Made by a program: the position numbers and the translations under genes. The notes beneath the pieces are model-generated. The model was not told the origin of the DNA, did not search any database, and saw nothing but the letters and a program-made list of their open reading frames with translations. A stretch of 44,512 nucleotides of DNA from Eremomyces bilateralis CBS 781.70. Its lineage: Eukaryota. Location of the stretch: the NCBI GenBank assembly GCA_010015585.1, contig ML975165.1, one strand, 5' to 3'. Position 1 is the first letter of the stretch. The number at the start of each line of letters is the position of its first letter. Below are positions 22,471 to 34,972 of the stretch, piece after piece.

Positions 22471-23325
22471 ATGACATTGCGACGTGCTGCACGTGTGATC
22501 CTTGTGGGAGCGCCGGGCGTCGGGAAAGGAACGCAGACAGAGCGATTGATGAAGCGCTTCCCGCAACTGTCGGCGATAAGCTCAGGAGACTTGTTGCGAG
22601 ACAATGTACGAAATCGGACACCATTGGGTATGACTTCCAGGAGATGTTGAGCGCAGAGGAAGCAAAAGAGCTGACCAATCGCAGGTATCGCGGCCGAATC
22701 CAAGATGAAATCCGGCGCTCTAGTACCCGATTCCATGATCCTACGACTCATCATCAATGAGCTCAAGAGCCGCGGTTGGTTGGAGCAAGAGAACATCATG
22801 CCCTACACCCTCAACTCCTCCGCCTCAACCGAAGCATTCCCCTCCGGTGACAGCTTGGAAGAAGACTTCCTCTCCTCCATGGGAACGGAATCGTTCCGCT
22901 TCTCCGACTCCCCCTCGGCGTCTTTCATCCTCGATGGCTTCCCCCGGACCGCCGGCCAAGCTCGACAGGTCGACGATCTGATCCCGATCAACCTCGTCGT
23001 CAACATCTATACGCCCCCGGAGATCGTCATCGAACGGATCAGCAGTCGATGGGTCCATGCGCCGTCGGGTCGGGTCTACAACACCACGTTCAACGCTCCG
23101 AAAGTCCCTGGGAGGGATGATATCACCGGCGAGCCGCTGACGCGCCGCGATGACGACAATCCAGAAATCTGGAACGCTCGACTGAAGAGCTTTGAGAAGT
23201 TGAGCCTTCCGTTGTTGGAGCACTACGACCGGATGGGCGTGCTATGGACCGTGGAGGGGAACAGCAGTGATGAAATTACTCCTCGGATAATCAAGGAGTT
23301 TGCGAGACGCTTTACCGCCGACTAG
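22471..23325 (+). CDS. ADK2: Mitochondrial GTP:AMP phosphotransferase (adenylate kinase 2/AK3-type), intron 22628-22684
   Basis: P-loop GAPGVGKGTQ, SSGDLLR, ILDGFPRT, LID RWVHAPSGRVYN, LTRRDDD. Confidence 0.95.
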
Positions 23326-23602
23326 AGCTGACGATGGCAAGGATCAGGGATCTGCCGTTGAATTCGGTGACGGTGTATATAAAGCGGTGTGCAATGGCGT
23401 TCGGGGTGGTACGGATGGGTCCTTCATCAGGGCCTTCGGATTATGGGCGGCGGCAAGCACTCTTTGACAGTCTTATATGTATGACTGACTAGTGTAGAAT
23501 CACTCTACTATGTTCTTATGTCACTCTGGCGGGTCCTACAACCTGACTCGAGCATGACGAAAAACAATATTATTATTCTTATTCCTGAAGATTCGCTATA
23601 CC

Positions 23603-24778
23603 TTAGATACAGCTTTTCGTCTGACCAGTCCCTGTTGTGAATTGAGGTAGAAGCTTGTCGTCCTGATATCTCTTGAACCATTTGGACAGCATGTCATCCG
23701 AATACATATACTCATCGAATCCTGCCCTTCGTACCTTGATGCAACTCATTGCACTGGATGTGCCGGCAGTCCTGCCAAATATAAAGTCCGCAAACTGGCC
23801 GCTCTGACCCAAGAACTCCTCAATTCCGGGACTGATGAGACCATGGTCTTTACGAATGCTGTCCCACTCATCTTTCCACTCCTGCGTCTGAATTGCCTCT
23901 GCAAAAGTGATATCCCTATCCTCCCCCACCTCCATCCCGAAGCACTGCGCAATGAACGCCCACTCATGCCTCATCGAGAAGAACTCGCCGTTCGTCAGAT
24001 TATACGTCTGATTCCCCATCGGCACCTCCTTTCGATCCCCTCCCACCACCCTCCCCTTCCCAATCCACTCACAACACCTCGCCATCAAATCCGTATCTGT
24101 CGCCTCCACCATCCCCTCTCCTCCCCCCGGATAATGCAACCTCTCCCCCCTCCCCCGCAAAATCGCCGCATACACCCCCAACACCGCCAACAAATTCATC
24201 GCGCCCCCCACCGCCTCCCCAATCACCAACGCCGGCCTCAGCACCGTATAGCACAACTCCCTCCCCCGCCGCCTCCCCTCCAGCTCGCAAAACTCCGCCA
24301 ACCAATCCTGCTGCGCCCAATAAAAATTCACCACCCCCCGCTCCTCATCGCGGTCCTCCCGCGACCCCGGCCGTACCGCCCCCACATGCACCCCATATGC
24401 CTTCGGCCCCTGCAAGATCGTCACGCGCTCCAGCGCCCCGCTCACCTTCGCCACCGCCTCCACGGTGTTCTGCAGCATGAGCGCGTTGCGGTCGACGTGG
24501 GTTTGCTGGAGCCAGCCGGCGGCGAGGGAGGGCTCTTCGTGGAGGGCGGCGAAGACGAGGTGGGTGATGGGGGGCTGGGACGGGGGGATGGCGGAGAGGG
24601 CTGCGATGATGGAGGGGGGGGAGGTGAGGTCGCAAGGATGCCATGTGGTGGAGGGGTGGAAGGGGGGACGGCGGGAGAGAGAGGTGGTGGGGTGGGAGGG
24701 GAGATTGGAGAAGTGTTCGGTGAGGGCGCGGCCGACGAGTCCGGTGGCGCCGGTGATGAGGGTGTGAGGGGTGGACAT
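23603..24778 (-). CDS. PRISE/VEP1-type short-chain reductase (progesterone 5-beta-reductase/iridoid synthase-like), intronless
   Basis: ITGATGLVG, SLSRR, QGPKAYG, NFYWAQQD, VLRPALVIG, YNLTNG. Confidence 0.88.
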   Translation of the reverse strand: MSTPHTLITGATGLVGRALTEHFSNLPSHPTTSLSRRPPFHPSTTWHPCDLTSPPSIIAALSAIPPSQPPITHLVFAALHEEPSLAAGWLQQTHVDRNALMLQNTVEAVAKVSGALERVTILQGPKAYGVHVGAVRPGSREDRDEERGVVNFYWAQQDWLAEFCELEGRRRGRELCYTVLRPALVIGEAVGGAMNLLAVLGVYAAILRGRGERLHYPGGGEGMVEATDTDLMARCCEWIGKGRVVGGDRKEVPMGNQTYNLTNGEFFSMRHEWAFIAQCFGMEVGEDRDITFAEAIQTQEWKDEWDSIRKDHGLISPGIEEFLGQSGQFADFIFGRTAGTSSAMSCIKVRRAGFDEYMYSDDMLSKWFKRYQDDKLLPQFTTGTGQTKSCI

Positions 24779-26320
24779 CCTGACGGCTGGGGGAGACTTG
24801 GTTGGATTGAATAGAAGGAGATGATGGACTTGGGCTTGTTATGGATTGACTTGGATGTAGTATTAAAGGACTGTTCTTAGGAGAATATCTGAACTGGTAA
24901 CTCGTATACATATGCAACACAAACCCGAGTTTACCTGCAGCCGTAACCGCGGGGAAGAGGGGTTGGGATCGCTGCTTATTGAACGTCATCATTGAATTGA
25001 AGGGGAAATGATCTGATATGCTGATGTCATTGATGTGTATCAAGATATCAACATACCACACGCACCTGTCCTTACCAATTGTCAGTTTGTCACTGTCTAC
25101 ATGCGTGGCTTGGAATGATGAAAAACATGAATGCAAAGTTAGTGCGGACCGAGGGAGAAGGTGACCCAGCTTAGTAATGGCGGCTGGGCGAGATAGGGGA
25201 AAAAGGGGCGGGATTCAGCCTGCTCGACTTCAATATCATCAGTATCTTCATTGTTCTGGTATATTGGACGGCAGGTGGATATTGCCTTATAGCAAAATGC
25301 TTGATATCCGGGCATTGTACCAGCTCCTCTCTGAATGACTGTTTCTTATCGGAACAAACCTCGCAACAACGCGAACGCCAAAGCCAATAGCGGCATGATT
25401 CTCTTTGAACGCCTTTACTGCTTTATCTGGTCCCCATTTCATTGCGTTGTAACTGAAGATTTTATACTTTCTATGTTGTTCAAGTCTTGCATATATCTAG
25501 AGCTGAAGTTGCCAGTGCCGGATTGTCCCAGTCCTGCTTAAATATCTCTTTCACTGAACTATCGTTTCTCTGAGTTGACCTTCATTTCTTCCTAGTTCAA
25601 GGAAACTCATTTTTTGGGGTAAATTTGTCCTAGTGCAATGGCGTTTAGTAAGTCAATTTCGCCGTATGAAATCCTTTCCCATTTGAATTACGGCCGCATC
25701 CAACCCTACAGTCCCAACTGCACGAGGACATACCAACTACGCGGAGCTGTCAACCCGCGATTGTACTGCATCTATTCTGAGGCTTCCAATCCGAGTTCTA
25801 CAACAACAGATTCATCGAGGTATGATGACTACCCTGAGATGGCGACTCCAAGAAGTAGCATGACACCTTAGGCTAATACCACTGGAATTCCTCCAAGCCA
25901 CCCCGAAATCACCAACAACAGCACCCGGCAATTTACGGCAAAAGGCGTCCATAACTACTCGGCAACGGCTATGTGCTGAGGCAGACTAGCGATATGAAGG
26001 GTTATTAAGTCGGGTTGGCTGTGGTGTAGGAATGTCAGATGCTATGGTTTAGTACGAGTAGACGGCTGTGATATCCACAAGGTCCACTAACGTATCATGA
26101 CAGTGCCGGATCTGGAAACCATGTGGTTGGATGGAAACCTAAGTTAGAAGCTCCTTGAACTATTCAAGATTGTAAAAGAGAGTGATGGATATCGATTCTG
26201 AACTAAAGAAGTGATGTAGAACTAGCTGCTAGCAGTACAGGCGGTGTTCTCTGATGGTTTGAACCTATGCAGGACCAGTTAAAACTAAGATAACTACTGG
26301 TACTGGTATATGATAATCCA

Positions 26321-26821
26321 TCACACAACCTCCCAAAGCGGATCGGGGTTCTCGTCCATTTCATCGTCCATCTCCTCGTTCGGCTCCTTATCCGGTGTCT
26401 TGAATTCCGTATCCATCTTCACATCCTGGCTTTCCCGAAGAGGTAGTTCCAATTTCTGTCTCTTCAGAGACTCAACAGAACGCCCAATACGGCTAACCTG
26501 CACATCAACACGGCAAACCTGCGCATTGATACGGCTAACTTGCGCATTCATAGTACGCCTCATCTGTGTATCGACATTACGCTCAATCTGCGCATCACGA
26601 TCTCGCCAATTCTGAGCATGCCTCTGCTCAGACTGCTCTTCCTCAATACGGTCAACCTGCGCTTTTAGCCGCCCAACCTGCGCTTCGATACGCCCAACCC
26701 GCACCTCCATCTGGTCAAGAACCTTGAGCGATGACTGTTGAGTGTCGACCAATTTCTTGAGAATCTCTTTGATTCCAGAGCTCTTTGGCTGCTGATTCTG
26801 TTTATCGGTGGATGTCTGCAT
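26321..26821 (-). CDS. Hypothetical coiled-coil protein with 7-aa tandem repeats
   Basis: 166-aa ATG-initiated ORF; two blocks of three 21-bp repeats (xxAQVxR). Confidence 0.55.
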   Translation of the reverse strand: MQTSTDKQNQQPKSSGIKEILKKLVDTQQSSLKVLDQMEVRVGRIEAQVGRLKAQVDRIEEEQSEQRHAQNWRDRDAQIERNVDTQMRRTMNAQVSRINAQVCRVDVQVSRIGRSVESLKRQKLELPLRESQDVKMDTEFKTPDKEPNEEMDDEMDENPDPLWEVV

Positions 26822-27578
26822 CGTGAGGAGTTACCGAGTCGTAGTCTAGTCTCAGATATTGGCAAGTTACTCGGGAATAAAGGTTTATCAAGGACGTACA
26901 GCTAGGGGAGAAGCTATTGTTAGAGCGGCAGCAGTTGCTTGTGCAGTCGTGGTCGCCTGAGTTCAATGCGGAGTGAGGTTGCTCCTTAGGAAAGAGGCAG
27001 ATAAGTGCACTGGGGGAATTATTCAGTGGTGAGTTGTTTTGATTTGTTCCAGTTAAGACACTGTAAGTGTTGAGTGACTGCGAGGCCTCGAAAGGTCCGA
27101 TTTATGGCTGGGGCCTGAGATAGACTCCATACTGATTAGAGGCTGGGAAAGTAACCAAAAGACCGCAGCGTGTCGATACAATAGTTTGGGAGGTTAGCGA
27201 TGGATTACCGGAAGTGAAGGTAGAAATGGTTCCTATGAATGAGTCAATGAGGCCAAGTTCGGTAGGGAACCAGAAGAACACAAGGTCTGGGGAAAGGGTC
27301 CGTAGGTATCAACTTCGCTTACTTTGGTAGAGTACCAACATATTGGCATTTTGCAATCCTAACAGTAATAGCACCATGTTCAGCGCTGTACTACGTACTG
27401 ACAAGACATTAGACCCTACCGTATATTACTTAGGACACCGGACCGGTACTAGTACTGGTACTCCCTTTGGTCCTGTAGTCCTGTGACTCCCTCTTCATGC
27501 AGGCTGTGGGTGGGCGTGAAGCATGCTATACCACGAAATAACCCCCCCATCCGGGGCGGATTAGTCAATATCTTCCAG

Positions 27579-28127
27579 CTAGCAATTCATGGGGGTCACA
27601 TTCTCCTGTGCAACCCTATTAGGCCCAAAACTCAACATAAGCGACATCGTTGAATTTACCGCAGGCGTTCCGCATTCAGGATTCATTGGCATTTCGTGCT
27701 TATGCTGAGTCATCGTGGGTGCATCCTGTGGGGATGTTTCTGGTATGCCATCCGTCGCTGATTTCGGCTGGATGACCGCCGATTCGGGTCCGCTGAGAGC
27801 AGGGTTTTGCTTCAACTTCTTATACTTGTAAGGAAAGAATAGCACTCCGGCGATAGCGAAGAGGGGCGCGCGGAACGCGCAAATTTCGATGCCCACCATG
27901 GCGCCTGTTGAAAGTCTCTTACCGCCAGATATTAGTCCAAGTGTTTGGAGCTTGATGTGGTACGGCCACCTGGCGTTGGGCAGCTCGTATACTGGCCTGG
28001 TCATACGCCAGGCGAATAGTAGCTCGACAAGAACGCGCATCTCTGTGTAAAAGTTGTCCGACGGGCAGCAGGTGCTCGTTGCGTAGCCCTGCATATGGCA
28101 ACGCCAGATGGTATCGAGGCTATACAC
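27579..28127 (-). pseudogene. Possible decayed single-pass membrane protein (Mid2-like) fragment
   Basis: LSTGAMVGI followed by a hydrophobic stretch and basic KYKK; upstream Cys-rich (CCP) remnant; no clean gene model. Confidence 0.3.
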
Positions 28128-29356
28128 AGATGTCTGGAAGTCCCATAGAAAGCTTTTTGGCAGTAACGGGCATAGGTTATGGTATATAGTTACGTGGGGA
28201 TGGTGATATCCACGGTGCTCTGGGTGAATTCAATGGTTATTGTTGCATAGTGAGGAGAAGGATTTATGAAGCGGCTATGACTTAAGACGGACAGGGACAG
28301 TGTTTGCAATTGAGAGCCAAGATTGTGCGACTCAAACTGGAATTGCTCATAGTCTCGGCTTCTAAAGTAGAGTGAAAGGCTGACCCGTACAATCGGCAAG
28401 CTTCTACTTCATGTAGCGCTCACCGCCAGCGAACCCGAAACGAAGCAACTAGGATAGGCATCGTGAACACAAGGCTTGTTCAATCAGGCAATTGATTGTA
28501 CAGTGGTACACCGACCGGGCGGTGAAGAGGCAAAAGTCAAAACGCCAGGATGCAGCAGCCCCGGGTGTAGGGGAAAAACAAATGGAAGATCTGAATATTA
28601 CGAGAAAATTTTGAGCTACATCCCCGTAGGCGTTCCCCCAATGCCAAATTCTATTCGGTATAGAGGGGTTGACGGAAGGAAATGTCGAGGTCAAGAACTC
28701 TGGATTATGAAAGTCACTACAACCAATAGCAAACGACTCCTATAACTGATTGAGAATGAAACTAAAAAAGAGATGACAGGGAGTCTGGTTTTGAGCAAAG
28801 GAGCAATCTGGAATGTTACTAAAATTCGTTCAGTCGATCTGATCTGATTTTGATGATTGGGTAATTGGTCAATATCAATGCCGAGCGATGAACCAGCCAG
28901 CACGATGATATCGAGACAATGTTGTAGTACCGTACATGAAATATGGAGATAAAATCTAAAAGAGGAAATGAAAATGAAACGAAGTTTGACGAAAACCGCC
29001 AATTGGCCCCTAGTTCTATGTTGAATGCCGCTAGCCTCCCGACACTGTGGATCACGTGAACCTTAACCTCAGTCCTATCTTGACAGGTCCAAAGCCGGTG
29101 CATGAAACTGATTTTCGAGGCATAGAGTACCCGACAAGAGTGGGCTCTTGAGAATGGTGAAGATAGAGATCTATACTATGGTTTGTATGTCAATGGCGTG
29201 CTCCCAGATATGCACCGCAACCAACGATGCGCCTATCTTCGATCGACGATGAACCCAGCGATTTCAGCCGAAGCCTCGGGCTAATACTTCATGGATGCTA
29301 ATGCTGGCATTCATGACTTCCGAAGCCGGTCAACTGAACAATAGGAGTCGTTAAAC

Positions 29357-30036
29357 ATGGCAGTCTGGTCTCAATACGTTGTTGTCGTCTTCGAAACGAG
29401 GAGCACAGAGTATCGGGATGCCGTCATTGATCTTCTTGCGAAGATCGTGAGCAACACTAAAGCAACGGAGCCAGGAGCATTGAAGTACTGCGTCGCGGTT
29501 CCTAGGGATCCTTCGGACGACCGAAAGATCTATTGTATCGAAGAGTGAGCGTCCATGGAAAGTTGGAAACAGAGTCCGAATCGCTTGCTGACACACATGT
29601 TAGATATGCCAGCCAAGCTGCAAACGACATACACATGGCCTCCGCGCCCGTCCAAGCTCTATTTAAATACCTCTCGGAAACGCCAACCGCCCTTGCGGGT
29701 GCGCCGACCGTCATGACCATGTCTCCACTCGCGGCCTTCACTCGACCCGAGATCGCCTCGTACAACGACCCAGCGATCAGCTTCATCGAGCTAGGATCCG
29801 GGAAAGATGTGGATATGATAGCCGTGGCAGCTCAGCAGGTAGCTATCGAATCGCGAGGAGACCCGAGATTGCTATGTACGGCGGCTTTGCGCGATATAAA
29901 CAAGCCGGTGGTTAGGCTGTTCAGGGTTGGGAGAAAAGGAGACGGCTCGGAGGAGAGCGATGGGTCGAATGTGCCATTGAGGGCTGTTTCTGGCTACTTG
30001 TGGAAGGACACGGCGCAAGAGCAGCAGTTATGGTAG
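29357..30036 (+). CDS. ABM (antibiotic biosynthesis monooxygenase, dimeric alpha-beta barrel) domain protein, intron 29545-29603
   Basis: EPGALKY, IYCIEE|YASQAANDIHM after splicing. Confidence 0.8.
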
Positions 30037-30699
30037 AGAACTCGGAGATATGCCAAATATCAGCGTCAATGTAAGTCCTAGCTGCCTCGTGATTCCGAGC
30101 TAGAAAATGATGCCGATTACATTTGACTGTTCTGTATTTCTATTTTCATGGATTTTTGTACTGTTCATGAAAACCATAGTGACTTCTGACTCCCCAATAG
30201 AATCGTGGCCTGACAAGTTTTATTACGGTGATCTCCATTCGAAGCAGAACATCATATGAAGCGCAGACATGGAGAAAGACTAATAATAGACGAAAGTGAT
30301 CGTGTGCATATGATGGGATTAACAGTTACTGGTGTCTAAAATCATGGAAAGATCGATCAGCCATGACTACTTCGATAAGGTCGGATTCACACCGTCTCTC
30401 CAATATTTCCACCTTTAATTTGTGTTAACGCACTAGACTTTGAGCAAAACATTTCATTTTCCTGATTATTTATACATGGCTACTTCCCATCACCTCTTCC
30501 TATTACTTCTTCCTTTTCCTTTTTCCCATCACTGCCACACACTTACACACATCGCTTTTAAGCGTTGAATCTCGCCGCACTATCACTTAATTCTATCTCG
30601 TTCAAGCGCTATCGCTTTTGACTCTTCTATCAACCACTTTAACTTCCTTAACCGCTGTTCCTTCTGATCACTGCGGACGGCAAACACCAGGTGTGGAGC

Positions 30700-32191
30700 A
30701 TGTCAGACCAACGAGGATCACAGGCGTCAGGGTCCTCGCGTAGCGTCCGACGCAAGTCTTACTTCTTCGCTGAGCCTGCGGAAGATCTGACTGTTAGGAA
30801 TGAGAACACACCTAGCAAACAGAAGAAGATTCATATAACTCCTCCGCAGCGCAAAGCTTCCATATCCACTCCTCCATTCAACCCTACGGCGGCGCAATTT
30901 GTGCCTAAACCAGTCGCTGGATCCGAGAAGAATAAGACGGCTCCTAGAAATGAAAATGTTAATGGTGCGAATTCTAATGGTTTGGCGGAACCACAGGGTA
31001 TGTTAACTTAATACTTATATATGGAATTGTCAGGTTTCCAGGTTTCTTTACTGCAATATCCTCGGCACAATCACAGGAACACTACTGACAGGACTGATAA
31101 AGGCACCACCAACAAATCCACGGCTGCTGCTGACCCGATGCTCTCCACTGCCCTGGTACCTCGCAGCATAACAAATACTGCTGGTGCGGAAGGGAACACC
31201 CCCAGAGCTAAAGCAGTTGAAAAGATGAAAGACATTCGAATGGCTGATCTATTCAGCATAGTTCTCGCGCACGAGACGGCTAAACGGGAGAACGACCAGC
31301 TCAAACGCTCCCTCGACCTGGTCGAAGAAGCGGGTGAGCAACTGGCGCAGAAGTGTGCGGATCTAATCATGGAAAGGGATCACCTAAAGGAACTCAGCGA
31401 GGGTGCGGACGAAAGGTACAGAGCTTACGCTAAACGTGAGTTTGCGGACGCTGCGCATTTGCGCGACTTAATCGAGGACCTCGATCAGGAGAAATCCAAG
31501 TTGATAGAGGACAACGAGGATCTAGAAGGGGAGATCAAGAAGGTTACAAACCAGGTAGTATGGGCCTTGTCATTTTATAAGATGCAGCACGCTGACTATC
31601 TAATAGCTGAATGGTTGTATTACCCATCAGTCCGCACTTGGCCATGTGGAGAACAATCTTCGAGAGCAGCTTACTTCCTTCTGGGAAGAAAACACGAACC
31701 TAAAGCAGGAACTCTCTGCCCTTAAAGAGAGCCTCACCCTAGCGACGGAGAGGCCGAACCCTGCGCCGATCGACTCTAAGGAGTACCAAGACCTAGCACG
31801 GAACCTGAACGAGGAGAGGATCCGACGCCAGAATGTCGAACACACGGTCAATAAGCTCACAGCCGAGCTCAACAATGAGAAGGAAACCGGCCTAACGAGC
31901 GAGGAAGCTGGGCAGCTGCGCAGAGAGCTCGGCGAGAGGGCCTGGGAACTTGACGAGCTACAGGAGGACTTGGACAAGTTGAAAGAAACATTGCGGACCG
32001 CCGAGAGGGTGTTCCGCAAGGTCAGCGAGCATTCCACGGTTCGCGCTGAGTCGCTAGGGGGGTTGTCGAAGACGCTTGTGGAGGAGAAAGGGAAAGTGGT
32101 GCTGCTGAAGGATCGGTCGAACCAGATGGCGGACGTTATCAATACGGTTCTTCAAGAGACCGCTACGTCGCAGATGGGTTCGAAACAGTAA
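30700..32191 (+). CDS. Hypothetical coiled-coil protein (multi-exon; junctions approximate)
   Basis: Three consecutive ORF segments, E/K/L-rich heptads, GTATGT and GTAGTA donors with branch/acceptor sites. Confidence 0.65.
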
Positions 32192-32632
32192 CTAGAGCAT
32201 GATCTCGAGCATGGAGTGGTTTATAGGTGGTCGGGGTCTATTAGTCAGTATAGATGCTGACGACGGGTAGATCGATGAAAACGCGAAGTATATAGGGGGA
32301 GCATGGATACGAAAGATTATTGGCATCGGGAAAGGCCTTTTCTAGGTCTCCGTGAACTGCACGGATTTCAGTGAATCGCAGTTCAGTGAGGCTGTTACAG
32401 GATGTGGAAAAGAGCCGCAGCGAACGGTTACACACAATGTGAACTACCAAGGCAGATAGCAATTCAAAATATCATCCAAATTGAGAGGACAGAGTCTATT
32501 ACAATCTAGTACATATATATACAGGAACAAGTATAAGCATATCTAGAAAATGGCCGTGATTCATCTGGCGATAAAGATCTCTCACACTAAGCCGAAGTCC
32601 CAGTGTTCCCAGTGTTCGCCGGCCTGGCGGAA

Positions 32633-33766
32633 TCAGTGCTCCATGCGCTTCCCAATCTCGCTTCCCCAATTTTTCGCCCTCTCAAACCCATTGGCGTGCG
32701 ACTGATAATCCTCCATCGCCTGATACACCTCCTCCCGCGATGTGACGACGAACGGCCCGTATTGCACGATCGGCTGATCGAGCGGCATGCCTGCCACCAC
32801 GATGAACCTCGCCGTCTCGCCCTCCGCCGTGCTCGCCAGGATCTCATCTCCCTCCGGCTTGAACACCGCAATATCGAACTTCTTGACCTCCCTCCCCTCC
32901 GTATCCGCGCCGAACTTCGCCGCTCCGTCCATCAGATACACAAACGCCGTCCACCCATCCGGCACCTCCTGCTCGAACTTCGCGCCCGCCTGCATCTCCA
33001 CATCGAGGAACCACACTGGCGTATACGCCAACTCCTTCGCGCTCTCCGTCCCGTAACTCCGCCCACTAATCACCTTCACCTTCACCCTCCCCCCATCCGC
33101 CTCCACTCGCGGCACCTCCGCCGCTCTTAAATCGCGATACCGCGGCTCACACCCCTTCAATTCCTCCGGCAAATCCACCCACAGCTGCATCCCCTCATTC
33201 TCCTCCTTCGCCGGCATCTCCGCATGCACGATGCCCCTCCCCGCCGTCATGAACTGCAGATCCCCTGGCTCCAACCGCCCCCTGTTCCCCGCAAAGTCCT
33301 CGTGGTCGACACCACCGGAGATGAGGTAGGTGATGGTTTCTTGGCCGCGGTGCGGGTGATCGGGGAACCCGGCGTCGGCGGAGATGCGGAAGTGGTCGAG
33401 CATGAGGAACGGGGTGAGGTTGCGGAGGGAGGGGGTGCCAATGGTGCGGCGGACGCGGGCGCCGGCACCTTCGGGTTGGTCGCGGGAGGGGAGGATGCGG
33501 GAGAGGGTGCGGGGGGTGTGGGTGCATGTGTGGTTGGGGGGGATGACGGGGAAGCCGACGAAGGGGGCGGAGGGGGTGGGTTTGGATGTCATGGTGGAGG
33601 GGTTGATGATTTTGATAAGGTTTGGTTTGGGAAGGTTGCGGAATGCGGAGAGGAAATTGATACCCAGTTGGGCGGCTTTCTTGGTTAGTGGAGCCGTGAT
33701 GGATGGATTGTAGATGGCGATTGCTATGATGCAGAAAAGGGTGGGCAAAAGCCGGCGAGAGAACAT
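32633..33766 (-). CDS. Pirin (bicupin, iron-binding); start could also be the internal MTSK
   Basis: PFLMLDHF, GFPDHPHRGQET, MTAGRGIVHAEMP, QLWVDLP, VQYGPFV. Confidence 0.93.
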   Translation of the reverse strand: MFSRRLLPTLFCIIAIAIYNPSITAPLTKKAAQLGINFLSAFRNLPKPNLIKIINPSTMTSKPTPSAPFVGFPVIPPNHTCTHTPRTLSRILPSRDQPEGAGARVRRTIGTPSLRNLTPFLMLDHFRISADAGFPDHPHRGQETITYLISGGVDHEDFAGNRGRLEPGDLQFMTAGRGIVHAEMPAKEENEGMQLWVDLPEELKGCEPRYRDLRAAEVPRVEADGGRVKVKVISGRSYGTESAKELAYTPVWFLDVEMQAGAKFEQEVPDGWTAFVYLMDGAAKFGADTEGREVKKFDIAVFKPEGDEILASTAEGETARFIVVAGMPLDQPIVQYGPFVVTSREEVYQAMEDYQSHANGFERAKNWGSEIGKRMEH

Positions 33767-34972
33767 GGAGTGGTTCTTATATAGACTCGGAGTCGATGGT
33801 GAGAAGGAAGAAAACTCTGCTCATTGTGATCATGTTGCAAACCCTACATTTAAGAAGCGATGCTTTGAAGCTGCTTACTATGTAACTAGATCAGTCATCA
33901 GATAATTGTTGATATCGCGGAATGGATTCCGCCCTGGCTGGAGCCAGACACTTAGTCACGGAATGTGATTCCACGGTGGCGCGGTTAGGGCACGCCGTTC
34001 TCATAAAGTCTTCATGAAATCTAACCCGATTTAGCCCTAGCGCTCATAAATGCTCTCATAAATACTAGCCCAATTAGGTATAGCATTACCCAAATGTGAG
34101 TGCCTGAGGCACTCACATCGGTATTTGTGGATTCTACCCATTCGTAAAGCTCTCTCCAACTGTATATAGTCTTGTAATCAACATTTACATCACTTAAATA
34201 ACCAAACCATAGCAGGAATGGACGTGTATATACATAGCTTCAATCCTCAATTCTTCATAAAGAAGGCGGGTTACATGATGAGTCAGCAACGCACGGGCCC
34301 ATTACCGCCACCTTTTATGAGATTCCTCCGTAATTCATCATTTAATCCAGATGCGCTCATTTGGACTGCCCTAGGTAGAATCGCAGCAATTGGAATGACG
34401 AAATATCACGTGCCTTATATTATAAAATTGTGCCTTGGCAGGTCTTCAGGCAACAAAGGTGACAACTAAGACGATCTAATGCCGTCATGGTACACCAAAA
34501 ACCGGATGAACAACTCCTCGATTCCAACTAATGCAAATCGGCAATGATAGTAACCCTGAATCCATCCGGGGCAGCCGGGGATGTCGGGTCCCTTGGAGAT
34601 AATCTTCAGCCCTGCCCTGTTCTGTTTGGATGACCCTGGACTCCTGGAGAGGGTCTGATTTCACTGGGAAAACGCCAACGCCACGATTGGCCACCCTCAC
34701 TAATATCCAGGACCAGGATGGGATGAGTAAACTGGTGCTAAGCAACGAGGTCATCACCGTAAGGAACCCAGATTATTACTTGTTCGTCCCTACATACTCA
34801 CGATATGATATCTAATTTCTATTTTACTCCTTATTTGCCTTCACCTGGCGTATTCACGCCGTATAGGAAAGTGTCGCTTTTGGTTACAAGTTGTCAGTTG
34901 AGTCTTAATGTCAATTTGACGGATTAATACACCCGAGGATCCTGTACGGAGCGACCGACTCGAGTTTCCAAG

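Noticed and set aside
23843..25136. Long ORFs of 323 aa (+) and 263 aa (-) overlapping the PRISE gene
   Set aside because: Pro/His/Arg-rich shadow frames produced by the C/G skew of the real CDS
28476..28830. Protein-like frame with stops
   Set aside because: No identifiable family; cannot be supported
32587..33713. Several antisense and alternate-frame ORFs over pirin
   Set aside because: Shadow ORFs of a GC-skewed gene; no independent motifs
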